Shown: positions 1 to 11,690 of the stretch, one piece after another | Position numbering within the stretch: the stretch's first letter is position 1 | How the letters are laid out: every line of letters begins with the position of its first letter | Source of the DNA: Hypanus sabinus | Lineage: Eukaryota | DNA: 64,000 nt | Reading direction: 5' to 3' | NCBI RefSeq assembly: GCF_030144855.1 | Contig: NC_082731.1 | Location: 21,886,001-21,950,000 of the forward strand | The notes under the pieces: generated by a model | Seen by the model: only the letters and a program-made list of their open reading frames with translations | The model's database searches: none | Told to the model about the DNA's origin: nothing | Made by a program: the position numbers and the translations under genes

Positions 1-181
1 TGTTCATTGTAGATTATCCCCATACTCGTTCAAACGTTAATACATATTCCCAATCGGCTGGTGATCTGGACTGCGCGCAATATTCTAATCTAGGCCTCAT
101 TAACGTCTCACATAACTTCAAACGTCTCAACAGCTGTACACAATACACTGATGCAAATGAATTATTAACCTGTATTTCCAG

Positions 182-455
182 ATCATTTTGTTTTACTGCA
201 CCACTCCTTGCTCTAGTCTCGGTTTAAGATGACAGTTCCACGAATCTAACCTGCAATGTCTTTAGCTGTGACTGGTGTTATATTCACCGACTTATAATTT
301 CATGGCCTAGTCTAGACCATCTCCTAAAGAGTGGAACAAAATTAGCTATTCTCTATTCCTCCTCTGGGAACTCACTTATAGTTCCGGCTGTCTGAGATAT
401 AAATAAACTCATCTTGCGCTTCAAAAGAGATACAGGTATGGATTTTAAACGATGT
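182..455 (+). pseudogene. Possible highly decayed Ig-superfamily V exon relic
   Basis: Acceptor-like tttccAG at 180-181. Frame from 228 reads DDSSTNLTC(252-254)...W...*DINKLILRFKRDTGMDFKRC(453-455), with 67 codons between the Cys and a DTG.xC-like end. One stop and one frameshift; no RSS. Confidence 0.3.
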
Positions 456-519
456 TTCAATTAAAGTCTCCAACATCCTCATAAATATGAAGCAGATGTA
501 GGTCTATTTCGGTAAGTTT

Positions 520-890
520 ATATATTCCGGTCTTGCTTCCTTCTTAATTGGTCAGTCCCCTCCCTACCAATTAGATTTCCGCTGTCCAACGTTATTAACG
601 TTCTTATTTCGCACAGGCTTATTTCAATGGGCTTCTTAAGCAGGCGGTCCGAAGCACGACTGACATAGCAGATTATGTTCTTGCCGTCGATCTCAGTCCA
701 ATGTCCATTGAATATGCAATGTTCTACTGCAGCTGATTTCAACATAATCAAATGCAACTCAGCAGGTGTTTCATCTGGCTTTGCAACTAAAATACCATTT
801 ACTAATATACGCTGCTTCGAAATTCACAGTGAATCCTGGAAACGTCTGCAGTCTGTCGCAGGACATTTTTGATCCACATGCGTAGCGTAT
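520..890 (-). mobile_element. Penelope-like element GIY-YIG endonuclease relic
   Basis: ORF 518-757 reads KSAAVEHCIFNGH...DRLLKKPIEI, matching the KSAVAEHC..GH..FD..K.L...RL.KEAIEI pattern of PLE nucleases. Upstream minus-strand sequence is a decayed GVYRIPC-like motif. Confidence 0.55.
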
Positions 891-914
891 GGAGATTATT
901 CACGGATTCGCGAA

Positions 915-1200
915 TGGAACTACGCTGTGTTTCATCAGGATCCTGGCGCTCCTTCAAGAAACAGTGGAAATATTGGCCAGACGGTGGAAAAATAAATCAG
1001 GGAGCATAGGAGATGGAACCATTTGCGCTAGCCAGAGAAATCAGCAAGAGGAGAGCATTGTTGACACAAAGGCCATAAGATGCATTTCCACAGCACAAAA
1101 GCTCTGTCACACGCTAATATTTTTTGGGGCACCTTGTAAAGGAAGTCGTTGAATTGAGACTTTAAAAAATAAGATTTTAAACAAAGGCGTAGATCTCCCA
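915..1200 (+). mobile_element. Penelope-like element GIY-YIG endonuclease relic, opposite orientation to 520-890
   Basis: Frameshifted translation IGQTVEK*IREHRRWNHLR*PEKSARGEHC*HKGHKMHFHSTKALSH...LVKEVVELRL, a typical PLE GIY-YIG C-terminal half. Confidence 0.6.
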
Positions 1201-1559
1201 TGAGGTAAGAAGCGGAATTCCATTATTATCAAGGTGCAGCAGCGAAAGATGATCGGTTGATAACTAAAAAATCAGGAGCGAAGGACGTCGGGAGTAAATA
1301 TCCCACCCGACTAAACGGCAGTTGGATGCCAACGAAGTGTTTATTCGTCAGTTAAGCCAAGAAAGCAATAGCTCCATTATCATGATTTACATATGCGGCT
1401 CTAAATTTTACTGCATATGCCTGTGCAGGATCTGGCTGAGCAATTTTTCAGCCAGCGGATATTTGACCACTCTAATGTATGTCAAGACTGCAAGCACTTC
1501 CTGCTCTGTAATGCTTGTAACGTGTACAACCACGCTACTTATTCAGCTCACATCGATAG

Positions 1560-4500
1560 ACTGTTGAGAGTCAGGACCGCAAAGGTAGTAATTCTCGTGA
1601 TTACTGCCTATGCCACGCGACGGTGAGAATATGAATAGGATGAGGTGTAATAAATGAGTAGCTGAGATATTGGAGCAGGGGGCAACGATTCAGATTTCTG
1701 AATACTTGGGCACTCTTTTGGGGCAGATGTGAGCTGGACAAACAAGACGGTTTACACTTGAATCCCAGGGAACCAATATCCTGGCGAGGAAGATTCTTAA
1801 GGCTACTGGGGAGAGTTTAAACTAGAATTGTTGGGGTGAGAACCGAACTGAAGACATTGAGTAAGAGGAGGTTTGCTGGGAAATAGAGAAAGCTTGCTGA
1901 CAGACCGAGAAGGGGGGGGGGGGGATGGGCAGGTGATGGAGAAGGATTTGCGCTCAGATCGAAGTTTTGAGATGAGTATATTTTAATGCAAGGAGTGCTG
2001 TGAACAAAGCGGATGAGCTTCGAGCGTGAATCTGTACTTGGAAATATGATGCAGTGGCCATTACAAAGACTTGGACAGTTCAGGGACAGCAATGGATACT
2101 TTAAGTGCCGGGTATAGATGTTTCGGAAGGGAGAGGGAGGGAGACAAAAGAGGTAGAGGCGCAGCACTGTTGAACAGAAATAGTGTCACTGCTGCAGAAA
2201 ATGTGGACGCCAAGGAGGTATTGTCTACGGAGTCTCTGTGTGTGGATATAGGAACGGGAAGGAGTCAATAACTTTACTGGGTGTTTTTATAGGCCGCCTA
2301 ATGGTAACAAATACAAGGAGCAGATAGGGAAACAGATACTGGAAAGGTGTAATAATAAACGAGTTGTCTTAACGGGAGTTTTTAATTTCACAAATATCGG
2401 TTTGCATCTCCCAGAGGAAGTTAGAAAAACGTTTAATTGGAGTATGGGGAGTATGGGGTGTGGAAAAGCACGTAAGAAATTTGGCACATATTGACGGAAT
2501 ATCTTTTGGTGTTCTGTATAAGTACGTTCCAATCAGTCAGGGAAGTTATCGTAGAGTATAGGAACCATGGTATACAATAGACAATAGACAATAGGTGCAG
2601 AAGTAGACCATTCAGCCCCTTGAGTCTGCACCGCCGTTCTGAGATAATGGCTGATCATTCACTATCAATACCCAGTCCCTGCCTTGTCCCCATATCCCTT
2701 GATTCCCCTATCCATCAGATATATATCCAGCTCCTTCTTGAAAGCATCCAGAGAATTGGCCTCCACCGTCTTCCGAGGCAGTGCATTCCACACCTCCACA
2801 ACTCTCTGGGAGAAGAAGATCTTCCTCAACTCTGTTTTAAATAACTGACCTCTTATTCTCAATCCATGCCCTCTGGTACTGGACTCTCCCAACATCTGGA
2901 ACATATTTCCTGCCTCAATCCTATCAAATCCTTTAATTATCTTAAACGTTTCAATCAGATCCCCTCTCAATCTCCTCAATTCCAGCGTGTACAAGCCCAA
3001 TCTCTCCAATCTCTCTGCGTAAGACAGCCCTGCCATCCCAGGAATCAACCTAGTGAATCTACGCTGCACTTCCTCAATTGCCAGAATGTCCTTCCTTAAA
3101 CCTGGAGACCAAAACTGTACACAATATTCCAGGTGTGGTCTCACCAGGGCCCTGTACAAATGCAAAAGAACATCCTTGCTCTTGTATTCAATTCCCCTTG
3201 TAACAAAGGCCAACATTCCATTTGCCCTCTTCACTGCCTGTTGCACTTGCTCATTCACCTTCATTGACTGGTGAACTAGGACTCCTAGGTTGTAATATAT
3301 ACAGAGGTTGTAATATATATAGCCTGGAAGGAACGCAAGGCTTACAAAAGATTCAGGGAGCGTGGTAATGTTAGAGATCTAGCAAATTATAAGGCTACTA
3401 GGAAGGAGCTTAAGAATTAGGAGAGCCAGAAGGGAACATGAGAAGACCTTGGCGGGCAGGATTAAGGAAAACCCCAAGGCATTCTACAAGGAAGTGAAGA
3501 GCAAAAAACTAAGGAGTGAATGAATAGGGCTTATGAAGCATGGCAGTGGGAAAGTGTGCATGGAAATGGAGGAAGAGCAGAGGCGCTTAATGAATACTTT
3601 ACTTCAGTATTCGCTATGGAAAAGGATCTTGGAGATTGTAGTGCTGACTTTCAGAAAACTGAAGACGTTGAGCATGTAGATATTAAGAAAGATATAAGAG
3701 CTGAGAAGATCATCGGTGTCTCTCTTAACGCTATCACTGATACTTACACAGCACGCTGCATCCACAAGGGAAACACAATTATGAATGATGTGACTGAATA
3801 CATTGATGGAGGACGAGCAGTAGATGTAGCGTATATGGATTTCAGTAAGACATTTGATAGGTTTCCTATGCAAGGCTTATTAATAAAGTAAAGAGGGATG
3901 CGATCCAAGGGACCATTGCTCTGTGGATCCCGAACCGGCTTGTCCACAGAAGGCATAGTGTAGATTGTAGATGTGTTATGTTCTGCGTGGTAGTTTGTCA
4001 CCATTGGGGTGCCTCAGAAATCTGTTCTGGGAAACTTACACTTCGTGATTTTTTAAAATATAAATGAAAAGGATGAGGAAGTTGAGTGATGGGTTGATAT
4101 ATTTGCTGATGACACAAAGTTTGGAGGTGTTGTGGATAGCGTGAGGGGCTGGCAGAGATTATAGCGAGACATTGATTGGATGCAAAACTTGACTGAGAAG
4201 TGGCAAATGGAGTTCAACCCAGATATGTGTGAAATGTTTCATTTTGATAGAACAAATATGATGAAAGTATATAGTAACAATAGTAAGACTCTTGGCAGTG
4301 TGAAGGATCTGAGGGATTTTGGGTTTCGAGTTCTTAGGCCGTTCAAAGTAGCTGCGCAGGTTGCCTCTTTGTTTAAGAAACCGTACAATGTATTGGCGTT
4401 CATTAATCGCGGAATGGAATTTAGGAGGTGAGAGGAAATGTTGCAGCTATATTGGAACCTGGTCAGAACTCACTTGTAGTACTGTGCTCACTTCCGGTCA

Positions 4501-4996
4501 CCTCACGACAAGAAGGATGTGGAAGCCATACAAAGAAAACAAAGGAGATTTACAAGAATAGTGCCTGGATTGGGGAGCATACTTTATGAAGATAGTTTGA
4601 GTGAACTCGGCCTTTTCTCCTTAGAGCGACGGAGGATGAATGTTGACCTGAAAGAGGGGTATGGGATGATAAGAGGCATCGATCGTCTGGAAAGTCGTTT
4701 ACCTAGGGCTCAAATGGATGCCACAAATGGCACAGGTTTAAGTTGCTGGGGAGTAGGTACAGTGAAGTCAGGAGTGCGTTTATTTACTCAGAGAGTGGTA
4801 AGTGCGTGGAATGGGCTGCCGCCAACGGTGGTGGAAACGAATACGATAGGGTCTTTTAGGAGACTTTGAGATAGGTACATGGAGCATTAAAAAAGAGGGC
4901 TATAGGTAAGCCCAGTAATTTCTAAGGTACTGCATGTTCTACACTACTTTGTGGGCCAAAGGTCCTGTATTGTGCTGTAGGTTTTCTATGTTTCTA
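1560..4996 (+). mobile_element. Decayed CR1 LINE (ORF1 esterase end, endonuclease, RT, 3' end), interrupted by a younger CR1
   Basis: Decayed ORF1 motif RTAKVVI...GLHLNPRGTNILA at about 1570-1800. RT pieces: VDVAYMDFSKTFD (3520-3891), FADDTK near 4100, QRRFTRIVPGL...LFTQRVVSAWNGLP (4519-4869). The 3' end gggccaaaggtcctgtattgtgctgtag lies near 4955-4995. Many stops and frameshifts. Confidence 0.85.
2574..3286 (-). mobile_element. Young 5'-truncated CR1 LINE with uninterrupted RT C-terminal ORF (2665-3264)
   Basis: 199-aa open frame ANGMLAF...YRALVRPHLEYCVQFWSP...LRGDLIETFKI...FFSQRVVEVWNALP. The 3' tail is the microsatellite (ACAATAG)3 at 2574-2594 on the plus strand. Confidence 0.93.
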
Positions 4997-5469
4997 GATT
5001 GTAGTTAAACGAGGTACGTACGGATGAAAAATGTACATAAATTAAATAAAAATCAACTTGATCTCCCAATCTTATGTGCCTCCACCCGTGTTACAAATCT
5101 GGTTTTCCCGAAGCCCAACGTTATCTTGGCAACTGTTTAACTCTTCGTTTCTGTGAAGATATCCTGAGGATTATGCTTTCCCTTCTCTGCAACAATAAAT
5201 TCATGTCTTTTAGCACCTGACCCTGATCTTTTCCTAAGCGTTATTTTGCATTTTCTATACTTCTCAGGGTATCTCATTTCTTCCTACCTGCTGATGCCTG
5301 TGATGAACCTAACTTTTTTTCTGAACGAGGTCGTCAATATCTCTGAAAAGTAAGGGTCTGTGAATGTGCTTTGAAGAATTCAGACAGCTCTATGTAAACA
5401 TTGTACTCCAAACATATGACTTTTTGAAAGCCTGCTATTTACCAAATTCACCTTTGCCAGAAGCGAATC

Positions 5470-5960
5470 TTACTTCACGCAATGGTTGCAACATCCTCAC
5501 TCCCACCTTCAGAATTGACCTTTTTCCAGATTAGGATATTAACCAGTGACCTGACGTATCATTTCAATAATTCCCCTGTACATAATGGCATGATGATCAC
5601 TAAATGCAGTTCCCCAAAACAAACCTTTGTGAGCTGCCATGTATCATACCCAAACGAACCCTTTGATGTCTTATTCGATGTCAATGGACACCATCTCCTT
5701 TCAATCGATCTCTTAACTGACTGCCATTCGTTCTCAAAGGTAATAATAGTCTACACTATAGTCTCCTTTGACAGGTGCACGATCCTTCAACAGAAACACC
5801 AGAGAAGTAGCTAGCATACCAAATAAACATTTGGTTCTCTGTTTGTTACCAAACGATACTTCTATAAACTCTGTCTCATGGCATGGATTATTAAATCTAT
5901 TTAGAAAAGTTTCAGGATCAAGAGAGAGTGCAATACCGTCCCCAACTCTATTAGATATTA
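5470..5960 (-). mobile_element. L1/Tx1-like apurinic endonuclease relic
   Basis: Minus strand gives a decayed GD(F)N...LDP-like segment near 5905-5945 and AFSDHHAI near 5580-5610, the two conserved APE motifs. Heavily mutated. Confidence 0.4.
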
Positions 5961-5967
5961 TATTTGC

Positions 5968-6388
5968 GTGCTGAAAGTGAAGGGTGCGTTGCTAATGTAA
6001 TCTGTGAGGGTTAAATTTGTTTGAAGATATCGTACGTGATATGTTTTAACACAGTCTCTCTCCGCTTAATTCTTGTAGCACTCATGCAAGGAGATTTAGT
6101 TTCACAGGCATAGCCATTCGAAACTACGTGGAGGACTTCCACGTCCATTATAATCATACTGAATCGAATATTTATTTACACTGCTGCAGTCAATATCGCA
6201 GCGCAGACGTAGAAATTCTGCAAGAGAAAAACAAACCATTTCACTGGGAGAAAAGGGAACAATGCAAGGTTCACTCCTGGCTCTATAATTGCAGTAGCAA
6301 TATGCTCAATTTTCGAGTCAAACGGTCCTATTGGTTGTTTCTGAAACCACCTTGCGAGACTCGGCCCTGCATTAATGCACCGTCAATT
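5968..6388 (+). pseudogene. TCR alpha/delta-type V pseudogene (not apparent from the ORF track)
   Basis: Leader remnant ends ATCT|GTGAGG (donor 6004); acceptor ttgtAG at 6077-6078. Exon reads ALMQGDLVSQA*..., then HVHYNHTESNIYLHCCSQY (decayed C23 and WYRQY), and ends SQTVLLVVSETTLRDSALH*CTVN. Stops and frameshifts. Resembles the 43.9/50.4-kb family. Confidence 0.8.
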
Positions 6389-6427
6389 CACAGACAGAAT
6401 AAGTGCCGCTGAGTGCGTACAAGAAAC
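6389..6427 (+). other. 23-RSS of the plus-strand V pseudogene
   Basis: CACAGAC (6389-6395), exactly 23 bp, then ACAAGAAAC (6419-6427), directly after the coding end. Confidence 0.75.
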
Positions 6428-6468
6428 CGTTATGGTGTCAGAAACGGATGCAGCTGTAAAGAATAGAA

Positions 6469-6493
6469 AGTTTTTTTTTTCTCTTGTACTGTG
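6469..6493 (-). other. Aberrant RSS: heptamer with nonamer-like motif at 9-bp spacing
   Basis: CACAGTA (6493-6487) is followed by CAAGAG, A10, CTTTC. AAAAAAACT (8/9 to ACAAAAACT) starts after 9 nt. No nonamer at 12 or 23 bp. Confidence 0.5.
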
Positions 6494-6929
6494 CGGCTCT
6501 ATTGCGCAATAATAGACGGCTGTGTCCGCGACCTCGATTCGTTCGATAGTAAACAGGCCGCTACTACTCGCAGTGGAGAGGACAATTTTAAAGCGACCGT
6601 TGTTTTCTATCCCAGTAATTCGACGCTTTATTATGTACTCCGGCCTCTGTTCGGATTTCTGTGGGTACCACATCATGGAAAACATGTTGGATATGACATA
6701 GGTACAGTTAATCTGCACGGAATCGCCGCTCAAACCGGTTATATCATAAGGAGACTGTAGCACGAGTTCCGAGAAACATCGGCCTGTAAACGAAACGCAG
6801 AAATGCATCAGCTGATACGGATACAACAAGAGTTGAAACGACGTGGGTGATTGTGCAATATCCTCTACACTTACAGATTAACATTGCCAGGCAAAGGTGA
6901 AGCAGGTTCACCCGCTCCGAGCAGATCAT
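6494..6929 (-). CDS. TCR alpha/delta-type V segment, open (leader 6929-6875, intron 91 nt, V exon 6783-6494)
   Basis: Leader MICSERVNLLHLCLAMLI with phase-1 donor GTAAGT; acceptor tttacAG. Exon reads RCFSELVLQSPYDITGLSGDSVQINCTYV...MWYPQK...DTAVYYCAIEP, with both Cys and W41 present and no stops. Confidence 0.9.
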
Positions 6930-6980
6930 TCTTGTAATTACCGTGTTCTGGAGTAATCAACAGGCTCACAGTAAATTTCC

Positions 6981-6987
6981 TGAGTCA
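6981..6987. promoter_or_regulatory. AP-1/CRE-like site upstream of the V leader
   Basis: TGAGTCA lies about 50 bp upstream of the ATG at 6929; CACGTGAC follows near 7070. Position is typical of V promoters, but these are short motifs. Confidence 0.3.
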
Positions 6988-9900
6988 AATCATGAGAGAT
7001 TTTGGGCGAGTCGCAGCTCAGCAGTGGATAAAATCCCAGCTCAGGGAATGGTTGCTGATACTCAATGTTTGCACGTGACATAGAGATTGCTTTACCCTTG
7101 CGTAGGCGTGGTCAACTGAACAAGCATATCAAGAATTGCATAAAGCACACACTATCTTTGCATGAACTGCTCAGATACTCTCAACATTTGATGTTATTTA
7201 GTAATGACATGGCTGCGGGCATCTATTCAAGGTGTCGGGTGCTACTTCAATAGATGATCTTTTGAATTTGTTTTCTGAAGAGTGCTACGTCACTGGAAAT
7301 ATCAGATGTGCGTAGTCTATGAAAGATATATATTTAGTTATTATGAAGACTGACTGTCGCTTTACCGTGTTTAATTTAGAAACCGCAGCTGTTTCCATTT
7401 CTTATTGTTTATTCGCAGTAAGCACCTCCTGTATCACTTGCTATAAATTCATAACAGATAGAATAATATTTGATACGGTAGCCCTCTCTCTTGCGTGTCC
7501 GAAACAGTACGGGCCATCAGTACCCACTGTCGGAGGAATTAGCCAACAGTTTCATCCTCTTCGAGGAGCGAAAGCTGGGAGGAACAGAAATGGATAGGGT
7601 AAGATACACTGAAAATCACTGAAGAAACAGAGGTCAGAGAACTCAACGCAATGGAACTAGCATTTTTAAGAGATCGATCAGTAAAAAGCATAGGTCGTCC
7701 ATTTGGTTATTGAGGACATGGGATGAGGCGGTTTAAGGATGTTTTCTTTTCTAATAAAGAGGTGGTGTGCTTTAGGTAGCCATCACATCACACGATTAAT
7801 AACGCTCTTCCAGCTCTTCTTGCATCCACTGCGTATAATACACCATGATGCGTTCGGTTTACGAATCAGTTAAATGTACGTGTGATCCTCTTAGGTACTA
7901 GAATTAAAATCCATAGAGAATATGGAGCACTGTACAGTGAGGTACTAAAGCCCTACGCCTTATCACAGAAATATATTACGCTGACTGTGTTCCGAAAGAA
8001 ATCATTGCATTAAATCCCGGAATGGCAGAACACGTGTATAATACGACAGTGTTTTTATTCACCCAATAAAAAAAAAATATTTCATTGAACAGCTATTTTT
8101 CATCCTATAAGTCCGCGATTAAATTATTATAAAGTTTTCATGTATATAGAGGAGGTTGCACATTAGAATGGAAGTTTGGTAAGAAGCGTAGGAGTGGGAG
8201 ATCCTGCAGATACTGGGAACTATACTGACGGCTTTGCTGAAATCTAGTTACGCTGGAGCAGTTAAATGTGTACCCCACCCTCATCCTCCATGCAACGTGC
8301 TAGAAATGCTCTTAGCAAGTAGCAATAACAAACTGTTGAGTGATATGTGTCATTCTTCAAGTCCTCTGCAGATTAGGATTCATCTGCCCTCTGGTAGGTT
8401 CCTCGCATTCCATTATGTGTTCTAAGCAAACGTTATCCGATAATCATCAACAACACTGGGAATCAGGAGTGGCTTGGTCATTTCTTTAGCAGTGAAGGGT
8501 TTGTTTGAACCCCTTCCTTCTTCCCTGTAAATAATTTGTGAATGATTCTGATGCGTAACAATGTAAGATCTTTTCAACGCGGCAGTTTGCTGTTGTGTGT
8601 GCATGCGGTCTTGGTTTTACAGAGAATCCTTGATTGCGTTGATTCCCGGCTAGTTGTTTTTACTTATTAGTTGTTCTCTGGTAAATCGTCTTTCTTTGTA
8701 AGAATTTTACAGTGTTTTAAGTTTCAGCACTTTCCACGGGAAGTTTTAAAGAAAACAACATCATTCCGGATATTGTGATTTGTGTTTTGTGCTTAATCTG
8801 TTAATTTGTCTCTTGTTTTTGTTTTGTCAGTTATTTTATTTGTTGTTTCCTAATCTGTTACTTGTTAGTTGTATCTTAATAAGTTACCTTTTTACTTGTT
8901 CCCCCATGCAGCTGACATTAAGGTTGACTTATTTCATGTGAAACTTGAGACGAATTTTGGTAGAAGTTTGGCCAGTATTACTTTGTATATGCGCTGCTCA
9001 CATTTTAGAGGGTATTGGGCATTCCGGGAGTAATTCTAATATTTATGTTGTTTCTGTGTTTTCTGAATATCCTGTGACTCATCGTGAGCGAAGTGCATTT
9101 GTATCTCCCTACTTTACAACTTAGATAATGTTGTCTTGTTTTGGGAGAATCCTGATATATTGGCCCGCGGGTAGGATTTGAACATACACTCTGAACCAAG
9201 GGAACAGGCTACTGAAAATATATGATGACTCCTTACAATTTTACGGAAGGGGTGCCACTGATATTGGTCCATTGAAAGCATAAAATACTCTGGGGGTACT
9301 TTATCTGTATTCTCGTATTTTGGCATTCTCCTCTGCGGGAGTTTGGAAGGAGTATGCTATTCTAGCCAAGCTCATCAGAGTACGCTAACGTTTTCCATGC
9401 CCGATGCTGGGCACGTGACACTGCTCTTTTTGTCACAGTAATCACTTTATTTTCAGACCCTGTTTTATCCCTGCTCTCAATACATTGAAAGTCATTATTT
9501 TTATATTTTACTTATACATGTCCAATTAGCCATTGCTTCCTTTCAAAACTAATGCTATACTTTGCCTTTCAGTAACGTTTTGAGCTTTCATATCGTCAAA
9601 TCTTTCTTGACACTGAAATGTATCCCCTGATGCAGCAGATCGCTGGGAGGTAATTCTGTATTTTACGCATAACTTTACCAGTTGGCGTCAACAAACTGTA
9701 CAAATACAAGACGAAAGAAACAGCTCTTCCGACGTATATTAAAAAAAAAACTAATATGAAGAGAAATATGCAATTTTGCTCATAAAAGGATAACACATCC
9801 GACTCATAATCATACACAAATTTATACCATTTAATAAGTGTTCTGCAACATTGAATACCACACCAGTACTTCAGTTTTCAAAAGTCTCTCAGAAACTAAT

Positions 9901-10259
9901 GTACGGCATGATGATGTTTTCCAACATTTTCTACAATTATCTCTGGTTTTCTCGTTCAGACATTTTTGTAGGAAAATATTTTTGGGTTTGTCATATCTGT
10001 AAACAATATTCATTCACAGGTTGTACCCGGAATCATGCTCGCGCTTGAATAGGTTTTAATCTATTATGATGTAGTTTTAAACCAGAGAAATCCAAGCTGT
10101 CACGCTATTAGGAGATCATCTAAAATGCCTTTTACAAAGCCTCTTTCTTTTGGCTACTGCTGACATTTTCTGTACCTGTCACCTCAATACACCCCAGCAC
10201 TGTGAACACATGAATGTACCCTGGCTCTTCCAGTGGCTTTCTTTATCCCCATTGGTCGG

Positions 10260-10298
10260 AGTTTTTCTATGAGGCTGCAAATAGTAGTTGGTGCCGTG
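10260..10298 (-). other. 23-RSS of V pseudogene
   Basis: CACGGCA (10298-10292), 23 bp, then AGAAAAACT (10268-10260). Confidence 0.75.
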
Positions 10299-10790
10299 TG
10301 TTTCAAAGCATAGTGACACACCTGTCTGTCAGACAGTTTCAATCCGACCAGAGCAAATTTTCACTTCTTTTTTTTGACGTGTCGAGGGATGCGGAAAACG
10401 GAGAATTCACTTCTCGTGCTTTCAATGTAGATCTATAAGAATTAAGAATTGGATGCCAATGTCCTGATACGGACGGTAAAGTTGTAAGGAATGCATATCA
10501 CTATCGGTTTTAACGCTGCAACTAATTGTCGCTGAGTCACTTTCAAATCGCTGTATGTTGGCAGGCTCCTGAGACACCGTGTTTACAGCCCGGGCACCTG
10601 CAGTAATTCAAATAGTCAGAGACCTGTTTCAAACTATAATTAAGAACGACTGTAAGAATGCATACAAATAGGTGAAACGGCTAGAAAATTAAAACGAAAC
10701 GAAAAATGGTAAATTGGAATTTACCGCATTTAGACACTCACCGTAAGAACTGCATAGATTGGAACAGCGAACACATGTTCCGACGATGGA
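10299..10790 (-). pseudogene. TCR alpha/delta-type V pseudogene (V exon 10597-10299; leader remnant above 10742)
   Basis: Donor GTGAGT at 10741; acceptor ctgcAG at 10599-10598. Exon reads ARAVNTVSQEPANIQRFESDSATISCSVKTDSDMHSLQLYRPYQDIGIQFLILI...(R)FSASLDTSKK...LSD..VCHYALK (VYYCALK with three point changes). Stops and frameshifts. Confidence 0.85.
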
Positions 10791-11516
10791 TGAGAAATTG
10801 TAGGTTTGACTCCGAGAATATGTTTTGTCAAGAATGCTGCATGTAGTACGGCGTAACTGTGCTTTGTGTCGGTCTCGAACGTGTGTGGATTATAAAATAA
10901 GCTTACGGTTTAAATTCAGCAACTAATCACATAACCAATGATGTCGGAAACACGAAATGAATTAATTATACCAGAAAAGGGAACATTGGAACAAAATAAG
11001 TGTTTTTACTCTTCTTCCGTCAAAAGCAATTAAGTGGAATGGGATGTTCTAGTTTCTGATAGTACAGTGAAAGTCGGAAAACGAAAACGAGTCTCTGGAA
11101 AATCGACTCACGGAGCAATGCTGTCTCCCGAATGTAACATAAATATGAACCGTCTGCAAAATCTCACAAAGAACGACAGATAAAACTGCATATCCGTCAA
11201 GACAAGACTTCAAAGTGTAGTTCCTGTACTGTACCCACCCCAATGCGCATGCCATTGCATTACAGCGAGTAGCAGCACTCCGTGTTTCTCATCTATGATA
11301 TCTGCGCACTTGTGGTGGCGTGGTGTCTGCATGTGCAGTGTCCTGTGTTGAAAGGCGTCGCTTAATTCTAAGGTGGGCTTTATCAATCTCGGCTTTTGCG
11401 GAGATTCAACGATCTGTGTCGAGGATTTCTGGAACTTGAGATGAGGCAGCAACAGAAGTTTTGTCTGTATTCGCGTGAAACGGGATCTCGAAGTCATTGA
11501 TTTGATGTGAAATCTC

Positions 11517-11690
11517 NNNNNNNNNNNNNNNNNNNNNNNNNNNNNNNNNNNNNNNNNNNNNNNNNNNNNNNNNNNNNNNNNNNNNNNNNNNNNNNNNNNN
11601 NNNNNNNNNNNNNNNNNNNNNNNNNNNNNNNNNNNNNNNNNNNNNNNNNNNNNNNNNNNNNNNNNNNNNNNNNNNNNNNNNNNNNNNNNN
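11517..11690. other. Assembly gap (174 N)
   Basis: Run of N. Confidence 1.

Noticed and set aside
7405-7620. Minus-strand ASDTGGAYC and C..x15..*FLRQ pattern
   Set aside because: Cys-Cys distance is too short, with no acceptor or RSS. Not distinguishable from chance by eye.
8250-8560. Minus-strand TLHC ... EDEG pattern
   Set aside because: Spacing of about 83 codons is too long for a V domain, and multiple frameshifts are needed.
9840-9960. Degenerate Penelope-type terminal repeat or hammerhead
   Set aside because: Only the tail vaguely resembles the 34.3-kb repeat; the catalytic core is absent.
10165-10204. Second RSS-like motif CACAGTG-24-ACAGAAAAT on the minus strand
   Set aside because: Spacer is off by one, the nonamer matches only 6/9, and the V at 10299 already has its own RSS. 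Probably chance.
10570-10615. J-like CACCGTG...SPGT on the plus strand
   Set aside because: It is the antisense of the FR1 and acceptor of the minus-strand V pseudogene.
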